Of a DNA stretch of 22,528 nt, positions 6,975 to 15,427 are shown piece after piece; the first letter of the stretch is position 1, and each line of letters begins with the position of its first letter. The position numbers and the translations under genes are program-made. Source of the DNA: Candidatus Eiseniibacteriota bacterium (GTDB lineage: Bacteria > Eisenbacteria > RBG-16-71-46 > DASYSL01); contig JBKJJJ010000122.1 of assembly GCA_046598045.1 (NCBI GenBank), positions 1 to 22,528 of the forward strand, given 5' to 3'. The notes below the pieces were generated by a model. The model was not told the DNA's origin and did not search any database. It was given only the letters and a program-made list of their open reading frames with translations.

Positions 6975-7562
6975 ATGATCCAGAATGCGACCAGGGTTTC
7001 GAAATTGCAATTCGCCGCGGCGATCGTCGCGCCCGCCATCATCGGGATTGCCCCGGCCGCGAATGCCGCGGTCGTCTCCTACGTCACGACGCTGACCGGT
7101 GCGAACGAGTCGCCGCCCAACGCTTCGCCCGGCACGGGTCTCTCCCAGGTGGATGTCGACGCCGTGGCGAACACGATGCGCGTGCGCGTCTCGTTCAGCG
7201 GCCTCCTCGGCACGACCACCTCTTGCCACATCCACTGCGCCACGGCGGTGGCCGGGACGGGCACCGCGGGCGTGGCCACCACGACGCCGTCGTTTGCCGG
7301 ATTTCCTTCCGGCGTGACCTCGGGCGCGTACGACAACACGCCCGACATGACGCTGGCCTCGAGCTACAACCCGAGCTTCGTCACGGCGCACACCGATATC
7401 GCGGGCGCGAGGGCGTTCCTGTTCCAGGCCATCGCGGACGGCAAGGCGTACGTCAACGTCCACACCACCGCCTTCGGCGGCGGCGAGATTCGCGGCTTCC
7501 TCGAAGCCGGCACGCCGGTCGTCTCGACAAGCTGGGGCCGGATCCGCAACCTGTATCGTTAA
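6975..7562 (+). CDS. Secreted CHRD-domain protein with C-terminal SWGRIRNLYR motif
   Basis: Start re-called at ATG 6975 (SD GAGGAG). Signal peptide ending ANA; LTGANESPPNASPGTG, HIH, AYVNVHT..FGGGEIRG are CHRD hallmarks. Confidence 0.92.
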   Translation: MIQNATRVSKLQFAAAIVAPAIIGIAPAANAAVVSYVTTLTGANESPPNASPGTGLSQVDVDAVANTMRVRVSFSGLLGTTTSCHIHCATAVAGTGTAGVATTTPSFAGFPSGVTSGAYDNTPDMTLASSYNPSFVTAHTDIAGARAFLFQAIADGKAYVNVHTTAFGGGEIRGFLEAGTPVVSTSWGRIRNLYR

Positions 7563-7571
7563 CGCGAGCAT

Positions 7572-7600
7572 CGGGGGCGTCCCCACCCGGGGGCGCCCCG
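7572..7600. terminator. GC-rich hairpin between convergent genes
   Basis: CGGGGGCGTCCCC-accc-GGGGGCGCCCCG fills the 40-bp gap between two convergent stop codons; no strong U-tract. Confidence 0.45.
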
Positions 7601-7602
7601 CT

Positions 7603-8196
7603 TCACCGGCCGGGTCTCGCCGGGCGCGACCGTGCCCGGCGCCAGCCGCGCAACACGGTGCGCCATGCGAAGCGGACCATGCGCAGACCCTCGCGCACGA
7701 CCGCGCGCAGGAACGGCCCTCCCCACAATCCCGCCAGGAACACCGCGCCGAAGAGCGCGATCGCGTCGATGCTCGCGCGCCCCTCGCGTTCCCAGTACAC
7801 GTCGCGGAGATTGAGCCAGAGCGCGAACTCGTCGAGTGTGAGCGCGGCGCCCGTGCCGAACAGGCCCGCCATGATCCGGCCCGCGATGCGCGAGGACCGG
7901 TTCGGGCCGTTCCCGAACTGGATCAGCCAGCCATAGCCCACGAACAGCAGCAGCAGGATCCCCCACACCAGGTGGTGGACGTGCTGGCCGCGGAACGAAA
8001 CGTTGCCGAAGTGGCTCGAGCCCCCGTGGATCGCGTGGGTGACCAGCCGCGTGACGCCGAAGGTGACGAAGAACGCGATCGAGGCCAGAAACAGCCTCTC
8101 CCGCCGGGAATCCTGGAAATTGCGCTGATAGAGCGCCCGCAGGCTGTGCCGGCTCAGGCGCTGCGGCACGCGCGGCAGGGCAATCACCGCTTCCAT
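7603..8196 (-). CDS. Conserved integral membrane protein of unknown function (HxHH..LDE..DVYW..GRxSxDA family)
   Basis: About 4 TM helices with HVHHLVWGI, GAALTLDEFALWLNLRDVYW and GRASIDA motifs. Start placed at ATG 8196 (uncertain); the longer ORF extension is antisense to the endonuclease gene. Confidence 0.8.
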   Translation of the reverse strand: MEAVIALPRVPQRLSRHSLRALYQRNFQDSRRERLFLASIAFFVTFGVTRLVTHAIHGGSSHFGNVSFRGQHVHHLVWGILLLLFVGYGWLIQFGNGPNRSSRIAGRIMAGLFGTGAALTLDEFALWLNLRDVYWEREGRASIDAIALFGAVFLAGLWGGPFLRAVVREGLRMVRFAWRTVLRGWRRARSRPARPGR

Positions 8197-8379
8197 CCCC
8201 CGGACTCGCGCAATTTTCCTCCCCTGGGGTTCCTCGGGCAGTCGCTCGGGAGCCACCCCGGGAGAATGCAAGAACCCCGCCACTTGCTGCTTTGCCCCCG
8301 CGCCGCGCCGCGATAAACTTCTCCGCGACCATTCCTTGGCAGCCCATTGACCCCGTTCCCGAAGGGCCTCGCCCAATTC

Positions 8380-10581
8380 ATGCGCCAACTTCCAGTGCCG
8401 TTCGTGGCCGCGATGCTCGCGGCGTGCCTCGCCGCCACCAGCCCGGTCCGCGCGGGGGTCTTCCTGTCCGAGCTGTGTGATCCGCAGAACAACTACCAGA
8501 CGGATCGCTTCATCGAGATCTACAACTCGGGCCCCAGCCCGGTGGACCTGACGAGTTGGAAGATCATCGCGGTGGCGAACAACGTCGACGTCAACACGTG
8601 GACGCTCTTCGGCACCCTGGGCGTGGGCGAGGCCAAGGTCGCGGGCAGCACGGCTCCGGCCACGGTCTTTCCCATCCACTTTGCGAGCGCGTCCTGGTTG
8701 TCGAACTATGGCAACTGGAACGGCAAGATCGGCGACGGCGCGAAGCTGGTCGACCAGAGCAACGTGGTGATCGACCGCGTGGTCGCGCCGGGGGACCTGT
8801 TCGAGAACAAGGACCTGGTGCGCAACGCGAACATCACCGGACCCAACCCGGTCTACACCGCGTCGGAGTGGACGGCGACGCCGGTCCTGCTCGCCACCAA
8901 CGCGAGCCCCGGGTCACACAACGGCTCGGCGCCGCCCGCGGGCGGACCGGTGATCACGAACATCGTGACCGACCCCGCTTCGCCCCCCGCGGGCGTCCCG
9001 GTGGACGTCCAGGCCACGGTGGTCGACACCAGCGGCGTGCTCCAGTCCGTCACGCTGTCGTGGGGCACCTCCGCGGGTTCGTTGCCGAACGTCATCGGGA
9101 TGACCGTGCTCACGGGCAACACCTACCGCACGACCGCGCAGATCAACGGCCAGGCCAGCGGCGTCTCGATCTACTACCAGGTGCAGGCCGTGGGCGCGGT
9201 CGCCACGAGCCAATCGACCGTGCGCAGCTACACGATCCCGGGCGGCGGCGTGGGCGTGCCGCCGAGCATCCTCGCGGTCGGCGAAATGAGCGACTCGACG
9301 TTCCTCGTGTTCTTCAGCGAGCCGGTCGAGAGGACCAGCGCGGAGACCCCCACGAACTACGCGATCGGCGCGCTCTCAGGCGTCACCGCCGAGCGCGACT
9401 CGGTCCGGACCTCGCAGGTGCTCGTGACCATCCGCAGCGTCCCGGCGGGCACGCGGACGATGACCGTCAACGGCGTCGCCGACCTCGACGGCAACTTCGC
9501 GTTCGGCGCCACGCGCGCGTTCAACTACGTCGACGTCACCATCCCCGCGGGCTACTACGACAGCGCGATCGGGCTCATCGGATCGGCGCTGCGGATCGCG
9601 CTCCACAACCAGATCAAGAACCACACCGTCGGCAGCTACAGCGGCGCGCTGACCGCGTTCCAGACCACCGACGTCAAGCCCAATGGCAAGGTCTGGGACA
9701 TGTACTCGGATATTCCGGGAGGCACGCCGCCCTATGAATACAGCTTCGGCCAGACCGGCCAGGGCGCGACTGAGGGCCTCGGTTACAACCGCGAGCACTC
9801 GTGGCCGCAGTCGTGGTTCGGCGGCAGCCTGCCGATGTACTCCGACCTGTGGATTCTCTACCCCACCGATGCCAAGGTGAACGGCTACCGCGCGAACTAC
9901 GTGTACGGCAACGTCGCGTCGGCGTCGATCACTTCGCTCAATGGCAGCAAGCTCGGCAGCAGCGCGACGGCCGGCTTCGTCGGCACCGTGTTCGAGCCGA
10001 TCGACCCCTACAAGGGCGACCTGGCGCGCGGGCAATTCTACGTCGCGACGCGCTATTTCAACGAGGACCAGAGCTGGCCCGGGAGCCCCTCGGCGGTCGG
10101 GGCCGAGCTCGTGCCGTGGGCGGTCGCGCAGTACTCGGCGTGGTCTCTGGCCGACCCGGTGAGCTGGAAGGAGCGCATGCGCAACGGCGCGGTCTACGCG
10201 ATCCAGCGCAACCGCAATCCGTTCGTGGACCATCCCGAGTTCGTCGCGATGATCTACGACTCGAGCAACGTCGTCGGCGTCGGCGACGCGGGCCACGCGT
10301 GGACGTTGCGGCTGGCCCCGAACGCGCCCAACCCGTTCGGGACGCGCACCTCGATCTCGTTCGACCTCGCGCGGCGCACGCGCGTCACCATGCGCATTTA
10401 CGACGTGACCGGTCGCCTGGTGCGGACGCTGGTCGACGGCGGCGAACTCGACGCGGGGAGCCACTCCACGGACTGGAACGGGCAGAACGAGAGCGGGGCG
10501 AAGGTGGCGGCGGGACTCTACTTCTACCGCCTCGAGGCCGGAGCTGAAGCCGAGACCCGGCGCATGGTGCTCGTGCGCTGA
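8380..10581 (+). CDS. Extracellular endonuclease I family protein with lamin-tail domain, Ig-like domains and C-terminal FlgD-Ig domain
   Basis: Signal peptide (..SPVRA); LTD motif FLSELCD..DRFIEIYNSG..VDLTSWKI; nuclease motifs VWDMYSD, YNREHSWPQSWF, PTDAKVNGYRANY, FEP..KGDLAR..Y..TRY, DPVS..E..RN..QRNRNPFVDHPE; tail PNPF..IYDVTGRLVRTL..WNG..GLYFYRL..RRMVLVR. Start at ATG 8380, or TTG 8347. Confidence 0.93.
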   Translation: MRQLPVPFVAAMLAACLAATSPVRAGVFLSELCDPQNNYQTDRFIEIYNSGPSPVDLTSWKIIAVANNVDVNTWTLFGTLGVGEAKVAGSTAPATVFPIHFASASWLSNYGNWNGKIGDGAKLVDQSNVVIDRVVAPGDLFENKDLVRNANITGPNPVYTASEWTATPVLLATNASPGSHNGSAPPAGGPVITNIVTDPASPPAGVPVDVQATVVDTSGVLQSVTLSWGTSAGSLPNVIGMTVLTGNTYRTTAQINGQASGVSIYYQVQAVGAVATSQSTVRSYTIPGGGVGVPPSILAVGEMSDSTFLVFFSEPVERTSAETPTNYAIGALSGVTAERDSVRTSQVLVTIRSVPAGTRTMTVNGVADLDGNFAFGATRAFNYVDVTIPAGYYDSAIGLIGSALRIALHNQIKNHTVGSYSGALTAFQTTDVKPNGKVWDMYSDIPGGTPPYEYSFGQTGQGATEGLGYNREHSWPQSWFGGSLPMYSDLWILYPTDAKVNGYRANYVYGNVASASITSLNGSKLGSSATAGFVGTVFEPIDPYKGDLARGQFYVATRYFNEDQSWPGSPSAVGAELVPWAVAQYSAWSLADPVSWKERMRNGAVYAIQRNRNPFVDHPEFVAMIYDSSNVVGVGDAGHAWTLRLAPNAPNPFGTRTSISFDLARRTRVTMRIYDVTGRLVRTLVDGGELDAGSHSTDWNGQNESGAKVAAGLYFYRLEAGAEAETRRMVLVR

Positions 10582-10612
10582 CGGCCAGGCCGTGCCCGCC
10601 CGGCACGAAATG

Positions 10613-10653
10613 AAAAAGGAGCCGGCCTTTGGCGGCCGGCTCCTTCGTGTTTT
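10613..10653. terminator. Bidirectional intrinsic terminator
   Basis: Perfect 12-bp stem AAGGAGCCGGCC-tttggc-GGCCGGCTCCTT (10616-10645), A-run on the left and T-rich run on the right, between convergent genes. Confidence 0.85.
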
Positions 10654-10690
10654 CCCTCGGAGGGAAGCGCCTGGACTCAGCGGGACGCGC

Positions 10691-11983
10691 CTAGTCGCAG
10701 GTCGAGCCGATCCCGCGACCGCGATTGAGCTGGTTGAGCGTGGCATTGAGCTTCGTGAAGTCACCACGGTTCGCGCGCAACAGGCGGTCCGTCAGCGCGA
10801 TCAGCTCCCCCACCGTGCGCGCACCGCCGAAGTTGACCGCGGCGTCGGCGTCGATCCCGATCGTGCTTCCGTTCTCCGCGGTCACGCCCATGTCGCCCGC
10901 GGCCACATTTGCCAGCAGCGCGACGAACTGCCGGATGATCTGCTTGCGCTTGGTCAGCGGACGGCCCGGGTTCAACGCCTGGCGGAACCCGTCGACGTCG
11001 TTCGCCCAGTTGAGGTAGGTCGACTTGTCATCGACCGCCCGCGCGAGCCGGATCAGTTCCGTGCGCGTCAGGTCGGCGCCGTTGACCGAGCTGGACTGGT
11101 TGCTCACGATGCGCCAGAACTGGAAGCCGCGCGGACAGATGTCGGTGACCGGGCTGTCGGCGTCCTCGTTGCCACCGCCGCTGCCCTGGTCGACCACCGT
11201 CATGGCCTGGCTGCAGCGCGTGGTGCGTCCGCTGCCGACGTTGCGCATGACGAGGTAGTAGGTGCCGCCCGCATCGGCGTTGATGCAGCGGTCGGTCGAG
11301 ACGAGTCCATCGGGCCCGGCCCAGCGGTAGGTCGTATTCGCGAGCGACGGGGCGCACAACTGGACCGCCGAGCCGGCCGGAATCGTGGTCGGGCCGGTGA
11401 TGTCGCACATGCCGGCGCTTCCGCCGGAGGATCCGACCACGGTCAGCCGGTGCATGCACGTGCGCGAGCTGCCGGTGATGCGGTTGCGGCTGACCAGCGA
11501 GTACGTGCCGTCCTCACTCACGCTGATACAACCCGCGTTCGATGTCGTGCCGTTCGGGGCCGTCCACGTGTACTCGTGAAGTCCGTCCTGGGGCGAGCAC
11601 AGCGTGGCGGTCATGCCCTGGTTGATCGATTCGGGGCCGGTGATGTTGCACGACTCGACGCCGCCGGTCGATCCGCCCACGTTGACCACCTTGGTGCAAC
11701 GCTCGACCTCGACGTCGTTCACGCGGCGAATCAGGACGAACTGGTAGGTTCCGCGCGCCAGTCCGTCGACGCCGATGCAACGCGCGTAGGTGTTGCTGGT
11801 GATGGACTGGCCCTGCCACTCGTAGGTCGAGCCGCTGATGGCGGGCCCACACAGCGTGAATGACTGGTCGGCATTCGCGGTGTTCGGGCCGCTGATCTGA
11901 CACGCCGCTTGCGCCCCGGGCGCGAGGGCCAAAACGAACAGCCCGGCCGCGGCCAGGATGGAACGGATGTAGTGTTTCGACAC
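10691..11983 (-). CDS. Secreted Cys-rich protein with three tandem Ig/PKD-like repeats and a C-terminal domain of unknown function
   Basis: GTG start with a perfect SD AAGGAGGTG; signal peptide ending AQA; three repeats CxI(T/S)GP..LC..YxW..C I..GTY..C. Confidence 0.85.
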   Translation of the reverse strand: MSKHYIRSILAAAGLFVLALAPGAQAACQISGPNTANADQSFTLCGPAISGSTYEWQGQSITSNTYARCIGVDGLARGTYQFVLIRRVNDVEVERCTKVVNVGGSTGGVESCNITGPESINQGMTATLCSPQDGLHEYTWTAPNGTTSNAGCISVSEDGTYSLVSRNRITGSSRTCMHRLTVVGSSGGSAGMCDITGPTTIPAGSAVQLCAPSLANTTYRWAGPDGLVSTDRCINADAGGTYYLVMRNVGSGRTTRCSQAMTVVDQGSGGGNEDADSPVTDICPRGFQFWRIVSNQSSSVNGADLTRTELIRLARAVDDKSTYLNWANDVDGFRQALNPGRPLTKRKQIIRQFVALLANVAAGDMGVTAENGSTIGIDADAAVNFGGARTVGELIALTDRLLRANRGDFTKLNATLNQLNRGRGIGSTCD

Positions 11984-12244
11984 GGGGACACCTCCTTGTT
12001 CAACGATGGCGTCGCAGACGTTCCGGCCATGGCGGCCGAAACCACGCGCCTCACCATGAAAAGCACGACCGCCCTGAACTTGCAGCGCTCGTGCAAAGGG
12101 AGTGTCTCACACAACACCGAGAATGAGCCGGGGTTGTGTGCTATCTCGTTGGAGTTTTGTGCTTTGCGGGGTTCATGTGAAGGGGTTTCCTGACAGCAAT
12201 CGGGCGCGATGTGGGGAGAGCGCCTTGTCTCCTCGACGACGATC

Positions 12245-13648
12245 TCAGGGATTCCCCGACTGGGAGTGAGACTTCATCCAGTGCGTCACGAGTTCCTGAT
12301 AGCCCGGAGCCGCGCGCGGCCAATCCCACGGCCCGCCCGCGACCAGCGGGAGCACGCGCAACTCGTGATTCGCCGCGGGAAAGGCGCGCACGGTCACGTC
12401 ACGATTCCCATTGGAGCGGAGCGCGCGCTCGATGCGCCGGGCACTGAGCGCCGCCGGAATCAACGCGTCCGCGGCCCCGAACACCGCGAGCACGGGCACG
12501 TGCACGGAGTGCCACCACGGCGCCGGATCGAGAGTTCGCCCCCGCCAGTACCACCCCTCGAGCGCAGCGCCGACGGGGAGCCGCGCCGGAAGCGAGCTCG
12601 CGCGGCGCCATGGGGTGTCGGCGGCGTTCGCGAGCCGTGTCGCCAATACCGGGCCGGCGCGGCCAGTGCGCAGCCAGAGGAGCAGGATCCGGTCGAGCGC
12701 ACAGGCGCGTCCTACGTCGGAAGCGCCAAACCCGGCGCTGGTCAATCGCACGCTGTCCTGGAACACCGCCGCCTCGCCGATGGGCACGCCAGGCGACGAC
12801 ACCGCAACGATGTAACGCAGCGCCGGTACTCGTGCGGCGACGAGCGGCGCGATGAACGCCCCCTGGCTGAGTCCCCAGACACCCACGCGCATCGAGTCGA
12901 CCTCCGGTTGCGAGCGCAGGCACTCGACTGCAGCCGCAGCGTCGGAGGCAAGATCCTCGTAGTTCGCGGCGCCGTATTCGCCCGAAGACGCGCCCGCCCC
13001 GCGCTTGTCGAAAGCGAGGACCACGAAGCCTTTGCGGGCGAAGTGGTCGGCCTGAAAGAGGTACTCACGGGCCAGGTTGGACGAGGAGCCCTGCAGGAGC
13101 ACGACACCCGCTTGCTTGCGATGCGCAGGAGTGGGAACGAACAGCGTCCCCACAAGCCGCCCCGCGCGACCCCCGAACTGGACGCCCCTCGTGGCGTAAG
13201 GCGCCGCAGGCGGCCGCGCGACACGGGCCAGCCCGAGTTGAAGCACAGCCGCAGCGTCCGGTCCCCGCTCCACCACGCCCGGCACCGCCCCCAAGAGTGC
13301 GACGGCGCGGATCGAATCGCCGACGACATGTCCGACGAAACGCAAAGGATGTTCGTCGCGCGTCGTGAAGCGAACCTGTCCCCCGGCGCACTGCACCGCA
13401 TCGAGCGGTTGATCGAGGATCATCATGTCCGCACTGCTCAGGGTCGCCTCGAGGACTCCCCGCTCACGGAAGAAATGGACTCCGAGGTCGAGTCGGGCGC
13501 CGCGATGGACCGCCGACCCCCGCCACCAGCCCACAGCCGGGTCTGCCGTCCCCGACGGCGAGCCCGCGCAGCCGGCGCAGCCGGCGACCGCGCAGAGCAC
13601 GCCGAGGAGCAACCCGAGTGCTCCGGAGACGCCCACTCGATCCTGCAC
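12245..13648 (-). CDS. Exported alpha/beta-fold serine hydrolase (S9 peptidase/esterase-like), possible lipoprotein
   Basis: FVVLAFDKRGAGAS, nucleophile elbow GVWGLSQG, PVLAVFGAAD (acid) and FPAANH (His). Hydrophobic N-terminus with VAGC; SD GGGGAGG before the GTG start. Confidence 0.85.
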   Translation of the reverse strand: MQDRVGVSGALGLLLGVLCAVAGCAGCAGSPSGTADPAVGWWRGSAVHRGARLDLGVHFFRERGVLEATLSSADMMILDQPLDAVQCAGGQVRFTTRDEHPLRFVGHVVGDSIRAVALLGAVPGVVERGPDAAAVLQLGLARVARPPAAPYATRGVQFGGRAGRLVGTLFVPTPAHRKQAGVVLLQGSSSNLAREYLFQADHFARKGFVVLAFDKRGAGASSGEYGAANYEDLASDAAAAVECLRSQPEVDSMRVGVWGLSQGAFIAPLVAARVPALRYIVAVSSPGVPIGEAAVFQDSVRLTSAGFGASDVGRACALDRILLLWLRTGRAGPVLATRLANAADTPWRRASSLPARLPVGAALEGWYWRGRTLDPAPWWHSVHVPVLAVFGAADALIPAALSARRIERALRSNGNRDVTVRAFPAANHELRVLPLVAGGPWDWPRAAPGYQELVTHWMKSHSQSGNP

Positions 13649-13661
13649 GCCGCCTCCCCGC

Positions 13662-14168
13662 CTACGGCCTGTTCTTCCAGACCGACGCCACCGCCGGCGG
13701 CAGCGATTCCACCCGCGTCAGGAACGTGGCCACGCGCCACATGTCGTCCTCGGACAGTTGGTCCTTCCAGCCGGCCATTCCCGTGTAGCGCACCCCGTAC
13801 TTCACCACCACGAAGACCTGGGGCACCGGATCGTCGACGCCGCGGTCCGCGAACTGGGGCGCCGGCGGATAGAAATTGTTCCGTCCCCAACGGCTCGGCT
13901 TGCCGGAATCGCCGTGGCAGTTCGCGCAATCATCACGATAGAGCTTCATGCCCTTGAGGAGATTCTCGTCGTTCGCGGTGATCGGGTTGGTCAGGCCCGC
14001 CATCTTCTTCTCGAGCGCCGGGTCGAGCGCCATGTTCGCGATCTGCTTTTCCCAACCGGGTGGCCGGGTCGTCGCCTCGAACGGGAAGTGTCCCGTGAGC
14101 ACGACCGCCGCGCCGAGCGCCGGCACGATCAGCACTCCGAGGATGAACCCGAACATCGTCTTTCCCAT
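13662..14168 (-). CDS. Membrane-anchored monoheme c-type cytochrome
   Basis: N-terminal TM helix, CANCHG heme motif, YPPAP, and GVRYTGMAGW carrying the probable distal Met ligand. Confidence 0.92.
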   Translation of the reverse strand: MGKTMFGFILGVLIVPALGAAVVLTGHFPFEATTRPPGWEKQIANMALDPALEKKMAGLTNPITANDENLLKGMKLYRDDCANCHGDSGKPSRWGRNNFYPPAPQFADRGVDDPVPQVFVVVKYGVRYTGMAGWKDQLSEDDMWRVATFLTRVESLPPAVASVWKNRP

Positions 14169-14235
14169 CAGACACTCCCGGGCAAGGGTATGGAACGAAT
14201 TCTGGACCGGGGCGCGCGCGCGGGCAACAGGACGA

Positions 14236-15147
14236 TCACTCTCCGCGTTCGTACTCGCGGGTGCAGCCGCCCTCGCCGGTCGTGAACAGGCTTCCCTCCT
14301 CGGGATAGCGCCACGTGCGTCCGTCGTGGTCCTCGAACTGGAAGCGGTAACGCCGGCAGTGGTCCGCGCGCCTGAGCAAGGCGCGATAGGTGCCGCTCCG
14401 CTCCGAACCGAACGCGAGCGTCATCGCGACCTGCTTGCCGTCGATCTCGACGAACGCACCCGCAGGGGGCTCTGCATCCGCGGCGCGATAGCTCGCGAGA
14501 AACGTGATCTCGTCGGCGGCGGCCAGCACGTGCGCGCCGGAGACGAGGGGCGTGTCGAAGTCCGGCTCGCCGCTCCCGAAATCCTGCGTGTCGTAGGTCT
14601 CGCGCGGTCCTCCCTCCGCGCTGCCGATGCCCGCCTCCCGAAACTTCGCGGACAGGAGACTCCGGCGATGCCCATCCCCGGCCGAGCGGTCCGCCGCGCC
14701 GCCGTCGAGCAGCCAGCCGTTCACCACCTCGAGCGGCGAGCGATAACCGTTCGCGATGTTCTCGGCCATGGACACGGCACCGGGGTAATAACGGCGGATG
14801 CGCTTCCAGATGCTCGTGCCATCGCAGGAGTCGTGCTGGAAACAGGGCGTGCGCGCCATGTCCTCGGAGTGCGTGCGTGCCGCGCGCTCGAGCGGCAACG
14901 AGGCGTACAAGGGCGGCACGGGTGGATAATTGCGCGCCCGCAGGATCCGCGCGCCGCGGAGGTAGGTGTCGCGATACTGCTCCGGCCCCTGGCGGCACGC
15001 ATTGCTCAATGCCAGGATCGCCCGCTCTCGCCAGGTCGGGTGTCCATCGACCGGGTCGCCATTGCCCGCCTGCGCACGGCCGGCAAGGGACAGGTGCAGC
15101 AACGTGAGCAGCGCGAAACACGCGGATCCGGGTGCGTTCAACTTCAC
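14236..15147 (-). CDS. Secreted CAP (SCP-like) domain protein with C-terminal beta domain
   Basis: Signal peptide (..AQA); LERAARTHSEDM..FQHDS, AENIA.G, VVNGWL, GHRRSLL, EAGIG, TQDFG. SD AAGGAG before the GTG start. Confidence 0.88.
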   Translation of the reverse strand: MKLNAPGSACFALLTLLHLSLAGRAQAGNGDPVDGHPTWRERAILALSNACRQGPEQYRDTYLRGARILRARNYPPVPPLYASLPLERAARTHSEDMARTPCFQHDSCDGTSIWKRIRRYYPGAVSMAENIANGYRSPLEVVNGWLLDGGAADRSAGDGHRRSLLSAKFREAGIGSAEGGPRETYDTQDFGSGEPDFDTPLVSGAHVLAAADEITFLASYRAADAEPPAGAFVEIDGKQVAMTLAFGSERSGTYRALLRRADHCRRYRFQFEDHDGRTWRYPEEGSLFTTGEGGCTREYERGE

Positions 15148-15427
15148 GGGCGGTCACTCCTTCCGCGCGCTGTCCGCGCCCAAAGAACCTAGCACGACCG
15201 GCTGGGATAGTTCCCCCGGACCGGTCGATCCGGCCCCCGGTGGCCGATCTCGACGGAATTCAATTGTCCCTTGCGAAGAAGGGCTGCCTCCCCCACTGTA
15301 CTGCCTCGCCCGGACGGTCGCCCCGTCCTCCCGATGTGCATCGGAGCGTTCTACATCTTCGCGTGGAGACCCGGGAGCATGGTTTCCCATCCATGGTCCC
15401 GTCAGACAGGTAAGGATGGTGAAGCCC

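Noticed and set aside
5147..10581. Anti-phage defence island (LOG/SLOG protein plus nuclease)
   Set aside because: The LOG protein is the ordinary stand-alone type, the nuclease is secreted, and no defence or mobility genes are present.
10592..13957. Long + strand ORFs 10592-11863 and 12209-13957
   Set aside because: Antisense to well-supported minus-strand genes, low complexity, no domains.
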